From an uncultured Verrucomicrobiae bacterium (GTDB lineage Bacteria; Verrucomicrobiota; Verrucomicrobiia; Chthoniobacterales; UBA10450): a stretch of 64,000 nucleotides of DNA. Under the pieces are notes generated by a model. It had not been told where the DNA came from and ran no database searches. It saw only the letters and a program-made list of their open reading frames with translations. Both the position numbers and the translations under genes were made by a program. Of the stretch, positions 9,100-18,778 are shown piece after piece; position 1 is the first letter of the stretch, and every line of letters begins with the position of its first letter. The stretch spans positions 448,001 to 512,000 of the forward strand of contig CAWFGO010000002.1 in NCBI GenBank assembly GCA_963815455.1, in the 5' to 3' direction.

Positions 9100-10527
9100 T
9101 CAATATTTCCGCCGCATATTGCTGGGCAGAATATTCAGTTCGGTGCGGTACTTGGCCACGGTGCGGCGGGCAATGGGAATCCCGCGCTTGCTCAGAATTT
9201 CCACGATCTCCTTGTCGCTCAACGGCGCGCTTCCGGCCTCGTCTTTGACCAAATCGAGAATGGCCTCTTTCACGCTGGTGTTGCTCATCGATTCGCCGCT
9301 GGATGTTTGATAGCCGGGCGTGAAAAAGTATTTCATCTCGAAAACGCCCTGGGGCGTGGACATGTATTTGCCCGAGATCGCGCGGCTCACCGTCGTTTCG
9401 TGCACGCCTACGGCGTCGGCCACCTGCACCATCGTCATCGGCTTCAATTGCGACGAGCCGTGATCGAAAAAGTCGCGCTGCCGTTTGACGATCTGATGAG
9501 CAATATTTGAAATCGTTTGCTGGCGCTGGTGAATCGACTTTATGAGAAATTTTCCGCTTCGGATCTTGTCGCGGATGTAATCCTTCACTTCACTTCCGTT
9601 GCCATCCTGCGCCATGATGTCTTTGTAAGTGTTGCTGATGCGCAGGTGCGGAATTTGTTCACCGTTTAACATGACCTGGTATTCACCGTTCACTTTCTCG
9701 ACCGTCACGTCTGGCAGGACGTAGTTTTGCGGCGCGGCGGCGAAAATGGCGCCGGGGCGCGGATCGAGCTGGGCGATGTTGTTGGCGCATTTCTGCACTT
9801 GTTCGACGCTAATCCCCATCCGACGCGCGATCTCGGGGAAGCGGCGTTTGCCAAGGTCCTGCATGTGGTCGGAGATGATCTTATACTCCAGGCTGCTCTG
9901 GCGGCCCTCGCGTTTTAGTTGAATGAGCAGACATTCCCTCAAATCGCGCGCACCAACTCCCGGCGGATAGAAACTCTGGACGAGGGTGAGGATGTTCTCG
10001 AAATCTTCCTTGGGAATGCCGGTGTTGAGAGCCATCTCCTCCGGCGTAGTCTGAAGAAATCCGTTATCGTCGATGTTGCCGATGATCAACTCGGCCGTCT
10101 TACGATCGTTGCCGTTGAACACCGTCTGGTTGAGCTGCCCCATGAGGTGCTGCTGGAGCGTTTCCTGGGTTGGAATTGAATCGAAAAAGAATTGTCGCTT
10201 ATCGTCCGCTTCCTGCGAGCGCCCGGTGTAGCTGTTCGACTGGGCCATGTAGTCGCGCCATTCCTCATCCAGCTTGGCCAGCTTATCGAACTCCTCCTTG
10301 AAATTGTCGTCAGGCGTTGCGGCAGGAGCTTCCGGCTCGCTCCCGTCCTCGGACTTGGGCGGATCGGCCAATTCTTCCAGCACGGGGTTGGTCTCCATTT
10401 CCTGCTGCACGAGATTGCGCAACTCGAGCAACGGCGCCTGAAGGATGAGAAGGCTTTGCTGAAGCTGCGGGGCAAGGACCTGCTGCAGAGAAAGATTCTG
10501 CGATTGCTGCATTCCTTGGCCGGCCAT
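9100..10527 (-). CDS. rpoN: RNA polymerase sigma-54 factor
   Basis: Q/L-rich region I (PQLQQSL.ILQ), GVGARDLRECLLIQL, HETTVSRA and RpoN box ARRTVAKYR. Confidence 0.97.
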   Translation of the reverse strand: MAGQGMQQSQNLSLQQVLAPQLQQSLLILQAPLLELRNLVQQEMETNPVLEELADPPKSEDGSEPEAPAATPDDNFKEEFDKLAKLDEEWRDYMAQSNSYTGRSQEADDKRQFFFDSIPTQETLQQHLMGQLNQTVFNGNDRKTAELIIGNIDDNGFLQTTPEEMALNTGIPKEDFENILTLVQSFYPPGVGARDLRECLLIQLKREGRQSSLEYKIISDHMQDLGKRRFPEIARRMGISVEQVQKCANNIAQLDPRPGAIFAAAPQNYVLPDVTVEKVNGEYQVMLNGEQIPHLRISNTYKDIMAQDGNGSEVKDYIRDKIRSGKFLIKSIHQRQQTISNIAHQIVKRQRDFFDHGSSQLKPMTMVQVADAVGVHETTVSRAISGKYMSTPQGVFEMKYFFTPGYQTSSGESMSNTSVKEAILDLVKDEAGSAPLSDKEIVEILSKRGIPIARRTVAKYRTELNILPSNMRRKY

Positions 10528-10619
10528 GTGTGGGAGTTTACCGAGTCTGCGGCCGTCAGGCAAGCAATTCGCGCGCCACCGATTCGAGCCCGGCCGGGTC
10601 CCGGCAAAAATCCATGTCG

Positions 10620-10635
10620 GGGAACACGACTTGCT
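10620..10635 (+). promoter_or_regulatory. Putative sigma54 (-24/-12) promoter
   Basis: GG-AACACGACTT-GCT has exact GG-N10-GC spacing with a TTGC -12 element, about 30 nt before the ATG at 10664. Confidence 0.4.
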
Positions 10636-10663
10636 TTTCAAGCCGACGACCCGTCTCCTTCAA

Positions 10664-10891
10664 ATGAAACGAATTTCCCTGGCTGTTTTGTCGATGCTGT
10701 CTGTCATTTTATATAGCGCCGCCCAGGCGCCCGACTCGAAAAACGACGCTGAACAGGTCCTGGCCCTCACCAAAGAGGTGCAGAGCCAACAAGCGCAAAT
10801 CGTCGCCAACCAAAAGAAGATCGAGGCCAAGCTTGCAGAGGTAGCCGAGGCGGTTCGCGTCGCGCGAATTTTCTCGAGTCGAGGTCGTTGA
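10664..10891 (+). CDS. Small secreted coiled-coil protein ending RIFSSRGR
   Basis: Signal peptide (MKRISLAVLS...AAQA), heptad-rich helix, coupled to the next gene (TGATG). Confidence 0.65.
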   Translation: MKRISLAVLSMLSVILYSAAQAPDSKNDAEQVLALTKEVQSQQAQIVANQKKIEAKLAEVAEAVRVARIFSSRGR

Positions 10892-11190
10892 TGAACATTA
10901 AACCGCCAATTCTCTTTCTGTCGATCCTGGCGGCGATGTCGATCTTCGCCGCCAATGGCCAGTCGCCCATTCCCGTCCTGGTTCCCGCAGCGTCGGCCGC
11001 CGCCGGCGCGCCTTCCAGTACTGCGGTGAATATTCAGGATTCCGACACTCTCCAGGCCACGATCAAGGTGCTCGTGGAAATGAAAGCCGCGAACGAGGAA
11101 ATGTTGAAAAAACAGGAAATGATGCTGCAACAATTGGACGATCTCCAAAAAGCGGCCGAACAGCTCAAGATTTTCAGCAAGCGCGGCTAG
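10891..11190 (+). CDS. Small secreted coiled-coil protein ending KIFSKRG
   Basis: Signal peptide and Q/E/K-rich helix; C-terminus matches the upstream gene. Confidence 0.65.
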   Translation: MNIKPPILFLSILAAMSIFAANGQSPIPVLVPAASAAAGAPSSTAVNIQDSDTLQATIKVLVEMKAANEEMLKKQEMMLQQLDDLQKAAEQLKIFSKRG

Positions 11191-11312
11191 GATTCAGAGG
11201 TCAGCTTGCCAAGCGTAGCCTTGGCGAAGGCTGGAGGTCCGAAGTCAGAAGTCAGATGAGGCGATCTTCGGTCGCACCGTGAGCCCCGAAGTCCGCCGAT
11301 TTAATCGACAAA

Positions 11313-11348
11313 TCCATCACTCCACTTCTCCAGCACTCCATTACTCCA
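11313..11348. repeat. Degenerate 8-bp tandem repeat (TCCAnnAC)
   Basis: tccatcac tccacttc tccagcac tccattac tcca; the same family appears in reverse orientation at 25090-25123. Confidence 0.7.
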
Positions 11349-11544
11349 TAAGACTTTCGCACCCGGAGCGGGAAAGACGAAGCGCACCGTCGTACAGGTA
11401 ACGCCCTTAACGCGAACTGGTTCCGGGAAAACATAGCCGCGGGCACAGCCATGCCGTCCGCGGCCTCCGATTGCAATGGCGAGGTTAAAAAACCCTCCTC
11501 ACCCAAACCACCGGCACTGGCCTGCCGCTAAACCACCACATCAT

Positions 11545-14500
11545 ATGACCAAGTACATCTCAAAAAAATCACGTCTCGCCGCAGTGATCCTTTTCGCCAG
11601 CGGATTTATCGTGCTCGCGCTCTCCACAATCTCAGCGGATTCTCGCAATAATCGGAGCCGCGTATCGGGGCCGGATGCGGTGCCTCCTTCCGGCACCCTT
11701 GATCCGACTGGCCCAAATGTCGTCTGGGATGGCAACGCTCTGGGTGGTTCCTCCGAAGAAGGGGAAGCTACCTGCGTCGATGGGGTTAACTGCGACACAT
11801 TCTTACTAACTCTTTCAGGCACGCCAGCCGACTGGGCGGGCAAAACAGCCCGGGTCACTATTTCATGGAGCGGCGGTCCTGCCGGTACAGACGATTACGA
11901 CGTCTATATCCACAAAGGAAATACTAATAGCGGTCCGCTGGTGGGATCATCCGCGGCGGGTGGCGCCGGGCCAGAAGTAGTCGATCTTGATCCTAACGAC
12001 CCGGCTATTGCCACTGGCGTGTTTTCTGTTCACGTCATTTATTGGTTAGTACCGATACCAGATCAATATCACGCCGTCGCCAGTGTGATAGGCGGCCAGC
12101 CCACACCCACGCCCACGCCGACGCCAACGGCAACGCCAGCTGCGGGAACGCCTCGCTATTTTAACTACGTCTCGCCGCCGGGAGTTGGCGATGATGCGGG
12201 AGAGCCATCCATCGGGATTAACTGGAACACTGAGTTGTCGTTCAACAATAATAACATCGTCACCGGCAATCCAAATCCCCCGATACCGAACGGCGGCACA
12301 TCGACCTACTACGGCGGGTTCCTCTCCTACATGTTGAAGATTACCTTCGATGATTGTCCTTCGCCTGCGAATGCGACGTGGGACCAAAAACCGGTGACGC
12401 TGCCTGCCACTACGCGCGCTTTCGGCGATCCAATTCTTTTCACCGATCGTGGTTGGCCTGCATATCCAGGTATGCCTGCCAGCCTGGGCACCGGTCGCAC
12501 TTTCGTTTCGCAACTCGAAGGCCTGACGCCAGCGGGCAGCACGATGGAATACACTGATAATGATGGGGACACCTTCAGCCCGAGCGAAGGCGGTGCTCCT
12601 TCCGGAGTCGATCACCAGACAGTCGGCGGCGGCCCGTTCCATGCGCCGATTCCGCCTGGCTTGGTTTATCCGAACGCGGTTTACTACGCTTCGCAGAGCA
12701 TCGCCGACGCAACGGCTCAGCTCAGCTTGGATGGCGGAATTACGTTTCCATTGCAAACTCCGATGTTTACCGCTGCGGATTGCGCCGGGCTGCATGGCCA
12801 CATCAAGATCGCACCCGATGGCACTGCTTTTGTCCCAGACAAGGGGTGCGCCAGTTTAGGCGTGCCGTTGCTGCTCGGTGGCGAAGCATCCGTTATTGTG
12901 TCGGAGAATAATAACGTTTCTTGGAGCATCAGGACCATCTCCGGCGCGATGACCAGCGGGAACGATGATCCATCAGTTGGCGTTGCCACTGACAGCAATA
13001 CCATTTTCCTTGGTTACCAAGCCGACGATGGGCACGCACGCATCGCCGTATCCCATGACAAGGGTCTGAATTGGTCCACGCCAGTCGACGTAGGCGTTAA
13101 TTCGGCGACTGTCACCGGAGCTCCGCCAGAGGGAATTAAGAACTGCGCATTCCCGGCGGTAGTAGCAGGGGATGGCGAACAAAACGGACCTAACACCAGC
13201 CGCGCCGCTTTTGCCTTCTTCGGAAGCACTACGGGCGGCGACGGGACGCAACCGGCGTTTCCCGGCGTCTGGTATCTCTACATTGCCACCACCTTTGATG
13301 GCGGCCAGACTTGGACAACAGTAAACGCCACGCCCGGCGATCCAATCCAGCGCGGCGGAATCTGCGGCAGCGGCACCTGCCGCAACCTGCTCGACTTTTT
13401 CGGCGCGGAAATTGACAAGCAAGGACGCGTTCTCATCGGCGGGGAGGATGGCTGTGTCGGCAGTTGCGTCAACGGGCCCCCGAACTCCTTCACGGCGAAA
13501 GCATTCATCACTCGGCAGTCGGGAGGCAAGCGCATGTATGCTGCGTTTGATCCGGTCGAGCCAGCCCTGCCCGGCGCACCATCGGGTACGGCAATCCTTA
13601 GTGCCGCACAGATTCAAATATCGTGGCCAGCGCCCGATAATGGCGGATCAGCAATCAGCGCATACAAGATCTACCGGCGCGAGGGAGGCATCGGAGCGTT
13701 CGCTCTGCTTGCGACGACCGCGCAAACTAATTACGTCGATACGACATTCAACCCGGATCCGGGTGTGCAAAAATTCTATCGTGTCACTGCCGTAAACACG
13801 ATTGGCGAGGGTCCGTACTGCCACGACATCACCACCGGTGCTCCGCCGCCAACTCCGTGCGACCTGCCCGATGGTCTGCTTGTCATCAGCGATCTTAACC
13901 CTGATGGTTCGGATAATGACGTGGCCCCGAACACGCCCGTCGATGGCAGTGTCAACGCTCGACAGTTGTGGATTGCCGAACCCGGCGACCTGGTGAACAA
14001 ACTCGTCTTCACTCTAAAGGTAGCGCCCTCTGCCTTAAGCTCTCCGCCTCCAAACAGCCAGTGGTTCATCATTTGGAACCGACAGATGCCGGACGCGAGT
14101 TTTGATCGCTGGTATGTGGCCATGAGGACAGACGCCACTGGTGTACCGAGTTTTGAATACGGAAAATTCGGCGTGGCGCTCGATCCAATGAACCCGAATC
14201 AAAATGCCAATACGCCAGTGATGCTCGGCGCCGCGGACAGCGGCAGCTACGACATGGCGACAGGCATTATTAAGATCACGCTTTCGGACAGTAATGCCGA
14301 GAATGTGATGGCGGGCAATACCCTCGGTGGGATAAACGTGAGGACCTACTTTAACCGGCCCGATCCGGGACAGCGTTCCCAGAATAACGCGTCCGACATC
14401 ACCGCCGACAGCAGTTATACGCTGGTCGGCAATGTCGCCTGCGCGCCGGCCCTGGACTTGGTCAGCGCTGTCTCGCGCAAAGTACACGGAGCATCCGGAC

Positions 14501-15009
14501 CCTTTGACATCACACTCTTTCCGATCGTGCCTGCCGGCAACGTCGGCATCGAATGCCGCAGCGGCGGAAGCAGCGGTACTTATCAGGTCGTGATGGTATT
14601 CGCCTCACCGGTGACATTCACATCGGTTACATCTGATACGGGAAGCGTCGCCAGCACTTCGGTCAGCGACAATATCGTGACGATCAATCTCACGGGTATT
14701 CCCAATGCACAGGTCACCCACGTTACCGTGGTCGGTGCAACCAGTGGTGGCGCGCCCACGAATATCACCGTCGCGCTCGGCGTTTTGATCGGCGACACCA
14801 CGGGCAATAGCACGGTCAATTCCTCCGACATTTCGGACACCAAGGCGCAATCAGGCAACGCGGTTAGCATGGACAACTTCCGGAATGACGTGAACGCCAA
14901 CGGCGAGATCAACAGCTCCGATATCGCTTTGGTGAAAGCAAAATCGGGCACAGCCCTTCCACCGCCACCGCCCTCACCGGGCGCTCCGGCTAAATCCGAA
15001 AAGAAATAG
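11545..15009 (+). CDS. Large secreted protein: BNR/Asp-box propeller + FN3 + C-terminal dockerin-like domain
   Basis: Signal peptide; PT linker; Asp boxes (TDNDGDTF, SLDGGITF, SHDKGLNW, TFDGGQTW); FN3 (SWPAPDNGGS..Y..YR...YRVTAVN..GEG); paired EF-like motifs GDTTGNSTVNSSDI and DVNANGEINSSDI. Confidence 0.8.
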   Translation: MTKYISKKSRLAAVILFASGFIVLALSTISADSRNNRSRVSGPDAVPPSGTLDPTGPNVVWDGNALGGSSEEGEATCVDGVNCDTFLLTLSGTPADWAGKTARVTISWSGGPAGTDDYDVYIHKGNTNSGPLVGSSAAGGAGPEVVDLDPNDPAIATGVFSVHVIYWLVPIPDQYHAVASVIGGQPTPTPTPTPTATPAAGTPRYFNYVSPPGVGDDAGEPSIGINWNTELSFNNNNIVTGNPNPPIPNGGTSTYYGGFLSYMLKITFDDCPSPANATWDQKPVTLPATTRAFGDPILFTDRGWPAYPGMPASLGTGRTFVSQLEGLTPAGSTMEYTDNDGDTFSPSEGGAPSGVDHQTVGGGPFHAPIPPGLVYPNAVYYASQSIADATAQLSLDGGITFPLQTPMFTAADCAGLHGHIKIAPDGTAFVPDKGCASLGVPLLLGGEASVIVSENNNVSWSIRTISGAMTSGNDDPSVGVATDSNTIFLGYQADDGHARIAVSHDKGLNWSTPVDVGVNSATVTGAPPEGIKNCAFPAVVAGDGEQNGPNTSRAAFAFFGSTTGGDGTQPAFPGVWYLYIATTFDGGQTWTTVNATPGDPIQRGGICGSGTCRNLLDFFGAEIDKQGRVLIGGEDGCVGSCVNGPPNSFTAKAFITRQSGGKRMYAAFDPVEPALPGAPSGTAILSAAQIQISWPAPDNGGSAISAYKIYRREGGIGAFALLATTAQTNYVDTTFNPDPGVQKFYRVTAVNTIGEGPYCHDITTGAPPPTPCDLPDGLLVISDLNPDGSDNDVAPNTPVDGSVNARQLWIAEPGDLVNKLVFTLKVAPSALSSPPPNSQWFIIWNRQMPDASFDRWYVAMRTDATGVPSFEYGKFGVALDPMNPNQNANTPVMLGAADSGSYDMATGIIKITLSDSNAENVMAGNTLGGINVRTYFNRPDPGQRSQNNASDITADSSYTLVGNVACAPALDLVSAVSRKVHGASGPFDITLFPIVPAGNVGIECRSGGSSGTYQVVMVFASPVTFTSVTSDTGSVASTSVSDNIVTINLTGIPNAQVTHVTVVGATSGGAPTNITVALGVLIGDTTGNSTVNSSDISDTKAQSGNAVSMDNFRNDVNANGEINSSDIALVKAKSGTALPPPPPSPGAPAKSEKK

Positions 15010-15021
15010 ACAAATCAAGAT

Positions 15022-15070
15022 GGAGGGACGTGCTTCCGCACGTCCGGGACCTGCGAAAGCAGGTCCCTCC
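15022..15070. repeat. REP-like double palindrome (GGAGGGAC...GTCCCTCC)
   Basis: ggagggacgtgcttccgcacgtcc-gggacctgcgaaagcaggtccctcc just after a stop codon. Confidence 0.55.
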
Positions 15071-15139
15071 GATTGGCGGGCAACGTTCTCTTTTTGCGTG
15101 CGGCACTGCCCAGCTCGGATTAGGATCGACATCGACCTG

Positions 15140-16681
15140 ATGCCGCGAAAAAACAATAACGCCGCCGTTGCCGTCCGTGAGGACTCGCGCATCGAGCCAC
15201 ATCGTGTTGCCCTTCCGCTCGGTCAGCGCCGCTTGAACTTCGGCGATCGTTGGAGTTACGCACCCGCCCCGGAATCGAGCAATTACATCAAGCTGCAGTC
15301 GCGCTACAAACTGTTCATTGGCGGCAAATTCGTCACGCCGCGCTCCGGCAAACATTTCGATTCCATTAACCCGGCCACCGAAGAAACATTGGCCGAGATT
15401 GCCGATGCCAGCGCGGCTGATGTCGATCTTGCTGTAAAAGCCGCGCGGCGCGCTTATAAGAATGTGTGGAGCAAGATGCCGGGCCGCGAACGCGGCAAAT
15501 TCCTCTACCGCATCGCCCGGCTCATCCAGGAAAAATCCCGCGAACTGGCCGTGCTCGAGTCGATGGATGGCGGCAAAACCATCAAGGAATCGCGCGACAT
15601 CGATCTCCCGCTGGTCGCCGCCCACTTTTTTTACTACGCCGGTTGGGCCGACAAGCTCGATTATGCTTTCCCGGGTCGGACCGCGCGGCCGCTCGGCGTG
15701 GCTGGCCAGATCATTCCCTGGAATTTTCCGCTCCTGATGGCGGCCTGGAAACTCGCGCCCGCTTTGGCCTGCGGAAATACCTGCATCCTCAAACCGGCCG
15801 AGACCACCAGCATCACCGCCATGCATCTCGCCGAGATCTTCCAGCAAGCGGAACTCCCCGACGGCGTCGTTAACATTGTCACCGGCGCGGGCGAAACCGG
15901 GCGGGCGATTGTCGATCATCCCGGCATCGACAAGATCGCATTCACCGGCTCGACCGAAGTGGGCAAGCGCATTTTGCAGTCCGTTGCCGGAACGAAAAAG
16001 AAATTGACCCTCGAACTCGGCGGCAAGGCGGCCAATATCATTTTCGAAGACGCGCCGATCGATCAAGCCGTCGAAGGCATCATTTCCGGAATTTATTTCA
16101 ATCAAGGCCACGTCTGCTGTGCCGGCTCGCGTTTGCTGGTCCAGGAAGGAGTTTTCCCTGCTGTTATTCGCAAATTGCGCGATCGCATCGCCACGTTGCG
16201 GGTGGGCAATCCGCTCGACAAAAACACCGACATCGGCGCGATCAATTCCCGGATGCAGCTCGATAAAATTTGCGAGCTGGTCGATAGCGGACTCAAGCAA
16301 GGCGCGGAGCTGGTTCAGTCGCGGGTCCGGTTGCCGGCAAAAGGTTACTGGTACCCGCCGAGTTTTTTCACCGGCGTAACCGCTTCCCACCGCATCGCCC
16401 AGGAAGAAATCTTCGGCCCGGTCCTGAGCGTCATGACATTCCGCACGCCTGAGGAAGCGATCGAGCGCGCCAACAACACGCCCTACGGCTTAAGCGCCGG
16501 CGTCTGGACCGACAAAGGGAGCAAGATTTTCAAGATCGTAAACAAGCTCCGGGCCGGCGTGGTGTGGGCGAACACTTACAATAAATTCGATCCCACATCT
16601 CCGTTTGGCGGCTACAAGGAAAGCGGCTTTGGCCGCGAAGGCGGCTTGCACGGTCTGTTACCTTATCTCACTTTGACCTGA
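15140..16681 (+). CDS. NAD-dependent aldehyde dehydrogenase
   Basis: IIPWNFP, FTGSTEVG, LELGGK, NQGHVCCAG, EEIFGPV and FGGYKESGFGREGG. Confidence 0.95.
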   Translation: MPRKNNNAAVAVREDSRIEPHRVALPLGQRRLNFGDRWSYAPAPESSNYIKLQSRYKLFIGGKFVTPRSGKHFDSINPATEETLAEIADASAADVDLAVKAARRAYKNVWSKMPGRERGKFLYRIARLIQEKSRELAVLESMDGGKTIKESRDIDLPLVAAHFFYYAGWADKLDYAFPGRTARPLGVAGQIIPWNFPLLMAAWKLAPALACGNTCILKPAETTSITAMHLAEIFQQAELPDGVVNIVTGAGETGRAIVDHPGIDKIAFTGSTEVGKRILQSVAGTKKKLTLELGGKAANIIFEDAPIDQAVEGIISGIYFNQGHVCCAGSRLLVQEGVFPAVIRKLRDRIATLRVGNPLDKNTDIGAINSRMQLDKICELVDSGLKQGAELVQSRVRLPAKGYWYPPSFFTGVTASHRIAQEEIFGPVLSVMTFRTPEEAIERANNTPYGLSAGVWTDKGSKIFKIVNKLRAGVVWANTYNKFDPTSPFGGYKESGFGREGGLHGLLPYLTLT

Positions 16682-16719
16682 CCTGACTTGACCAAACTCA
16701 GTCGCGCGGATTGGCCCGA

Positions 16720-17031
16720 TCACTTCGAACGTCGCGCGCCAATCACCAGCCAAATCTTCCGCGCGATGAATAACGCGACCTGACTCAGGATAGCCGCCCC
16801 CACTCCAGAGAGGTAGTAGGCACCGAGCCACACCGCAACGCCAATAATGGCGAAGAATACGCCTGCATACATCCAAAATCCCGAAAGGATAAGTACAGGA
16901 ACGAAGACAAACCGAACCAGGGGAGCGTAGTTTGGAATTTCTTCAAACGGACTATAAATATAACCGAGTATCGGAATGCTTAGGACAAGGTGAATGCAGC
17001 GAAGAATCGTGCGTTTGGTGGCAGCATTCAT
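16720..17031 (-). CDS. Small membrane protein
   Basis: 103 aa with 3-4 hydrophobic helices; co-oriented with neighbours. Confidence 0.6.
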   Translation of the reverse strand: MNAATKRTILRCIHLVLSIPILGYIYSPFEEIPNYAPLVRFVFVPVLILSGFWMYAGVFFAIIGVAVWLGAYYLSGVGAAILSQVALFIARKIWLVIGARRSK

Positions 17032-17064
17032 GATTGGTTTGTAAAATGATGAGAAACTCCGGAA

Positions 17065-17514
17065 TCAGGGGCGTCGTTTTCCGGCCGCAAGCATCGAACA
17101 GGCTTTCTCGATCCGGCGGTTATGTTTCTCCTTTTCCTTGGCTGAGTCCATCCAACTTATAAAGTCCCTGCGCTCAACCGGCGTGAGATCACTCCACTTA
17201 GCTTTCGCCTTCGGGGTAGCCGCGAGAGCAGTGTAAAGATCGAATGACACGATTGAATAACAGCAGGGGCGTCGCTTTCCGGCCGCAAGCATCGAGCAGG
17301 CTCTCTCGATCCTGCGTCTGCGTGTCTCCTGCTGTTTGGCGGAGTCTATCCAACTAATAAAATCCCTGCGCGCGATCGGCGTGAGATTCTTCCACTGAGC
17401 CTTCGCCTTCGGGGCAGCCGTGAGCGCTCTGCCAAGATCCGTCGGCATTCTCGGTTCTGATTCTTTTCCAGCCGGGCTAGCGTTCATTTGGTCACTGAAA
17501 CCGCGCGTCTTCAT
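17065..17514 (-). CDS. YdeI/OmpD-associated family protein with tandem duplicated domain
   Basis: Two copies of DL..AL.A.PKAKA.W..LTP..RRDFISW.DSAK......RRIE.ACSMLAAGKRRP. Confidence 0.8.
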   Translation of the reverse strand: MKTRGFSDQMNASPAGKESEPRMPTDLGRALTAAPKAKAQWKNLTPIARRDFISWIDSAKQQETRRRRIERACSMLAAGKRRPCCYSIVSFDLYTALAATPKAKAKWSDLTPVERRDFISWMDSAKEKEKHNRRIEKACSMLAAGKRRP

Positions 17515-17582
17515 CTTTCAACTTTCTTCGAAAGCGTCAAGCTTGCGCGAGATCAATCCAGCTAGATCGGATTGAAGGCGCC

Positions 17583-18725
17583 TCACGGTTCGCCGGTGTT
17601 GCCACCATCGAGGTAAAGCAAGACAAAAGCGATGCCGAGCAAAGGAGTGAGTAATTTTTGCACCAGGCCGAGCCCGAGGATGGTGAAATTGAACTGTACC
17701 GATGGCGGGTTTGCTCGCAGCGCCTCCAGAACGACCTGTGGATCGGTGGAAGTCGTAAGCGCATGATAATATTGACGGATGAATGCCCACTCGGGGCCGA
17801 TGTTGAGCGCTACAACGAATGCGATCCAAAGTGAGGCGATGAAAACACCGCGCCACATCGGGCGTTGATACCAGGGAAGATCGCGCCGGCTCCGGGCGAA
17901 CTCTTTGCTTTGGCGCAACGCCGTTCCGGGGTCCGAATCCGCGAGAACGGCGAACTGCTGCCAGAACAGGACATTGATGTAAAAGCGCCCAAACAACCAA
18001 ACTTGAAGCCCGAGTAAGCCCAGCGAGATAGGAACGACCAATAGCGAAGACGCTCCGACGACAATCATCGCCAGGATGCCGACCGCGAACATGATCAACA
18101 GAAAAAAGACCACGTAGACGAAAATGCAGAGGATTGCTACGCGCGGCCAAAATCTCAGGATCTCATGAAGCAGGCCGGAGATTCGCGCGTCACGGCCGGC
18201 GGCCAATTCGGCCGTCAGGATCTGAATGCCGGCGACGAATACTGGCCACGCAACGAGTCCGAGCAGCAGCATGCAAAGAGTGAACGCCGCAGCCGCGGCC
18301 GAACGCAGATCGGGAGTAGCAGTCGTCGATGTATCCACGGCAAAAGCGCTCAACTGGCCGCAAATCCAAGGCAGCGTCACGAGCAGCGTTAAATAAAAAA
18401 ATTGGACGAAGCCTTTGCAGTAAATCCGAAATGTGGCGACTAGAATTTGCGCGAAACTGTGCCGCGGCGGCGTTGTGGGCATTGCCGCTGGCTGCGGCTC
18501 GGGATCAATGCTGCCGGGGGTGTCTGGCGAGCCGCGGTCAACGTCCGCAGCTACAGTATCGAACAAGCCGGGAATCTCCGCCGCGGTGATCCAAAGATCC
18601 TCATCGGAGCGGCGCGCCGGATTTTGGGCGAGCACGCGCCCTTCACGCTTCCATTCCTGAAGCGCATCGAGCTCGGCCGGGCCGTAATCTTTTCCGTCAA
18701 CTTGAATGATCCACTCGTCTGACAT
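17583..18725 (-). CDS. GYF_2/DUF4339-domain integral membrane protein
   Basis: N-terminal W...VDGKDYGP....L..W...GR...W..A.EIPGLF followed by several TMs. Confidence 0.7.
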   Translation of the reverse strand: MSDEWIIQVDGKDYGPAELDALQEWKREGRVLAQNPARRSDEDLWITAAEIPGLFDTVAADVDRGSPDTPGSIDPEPQPAAMPTTPPRHSFAQILVATFRIYCKGFVQFFYLTLLVTLPWICGQLSAFAVDTSTTATPDLRSAAAAAFTLCMLLLGLVAWPVFVAGIQILTAELAAGRDARISGLLHEILRFWPRVAILCIFVYVVFFLLIMFAVGILAMIVVGASSLLVVPISLGLLGLQVWLFGRFYINVLFWQQFAVLADSDPGTALRQSKEFARSRRDLPWYQRPMWRGVFIASLWIAFVVALNIGPEWAFIRQYYHALTTSTDPQVVLEALRANPPSVQFNFTILGLGLVQKLLTPLLGIAFVLLYLDGGNTGEP

Positions 18726-18778
18726 CGCTTGATCATCCCGCATCCCGCATCCAGAATCCAGTGCCGGCATTCGCGGCC

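Noticed and set aside
11350..11500. Riboswitch in the leader of the large secreted protein
   Set aside because: A GC hairpin (gccgcgg...ccgcggc) is present, but I could not match c-di-GMP, cobalamin, TPP or SAM consensus by eye.
14990..16390. Long antisense ORFs (e.g. 14990..16390, 39906..41072, 40901..41980, 55820..56740)
   Set aside because: Shadow frames of well-supported genes in GC-rich DNA, with no recognisable motifs.
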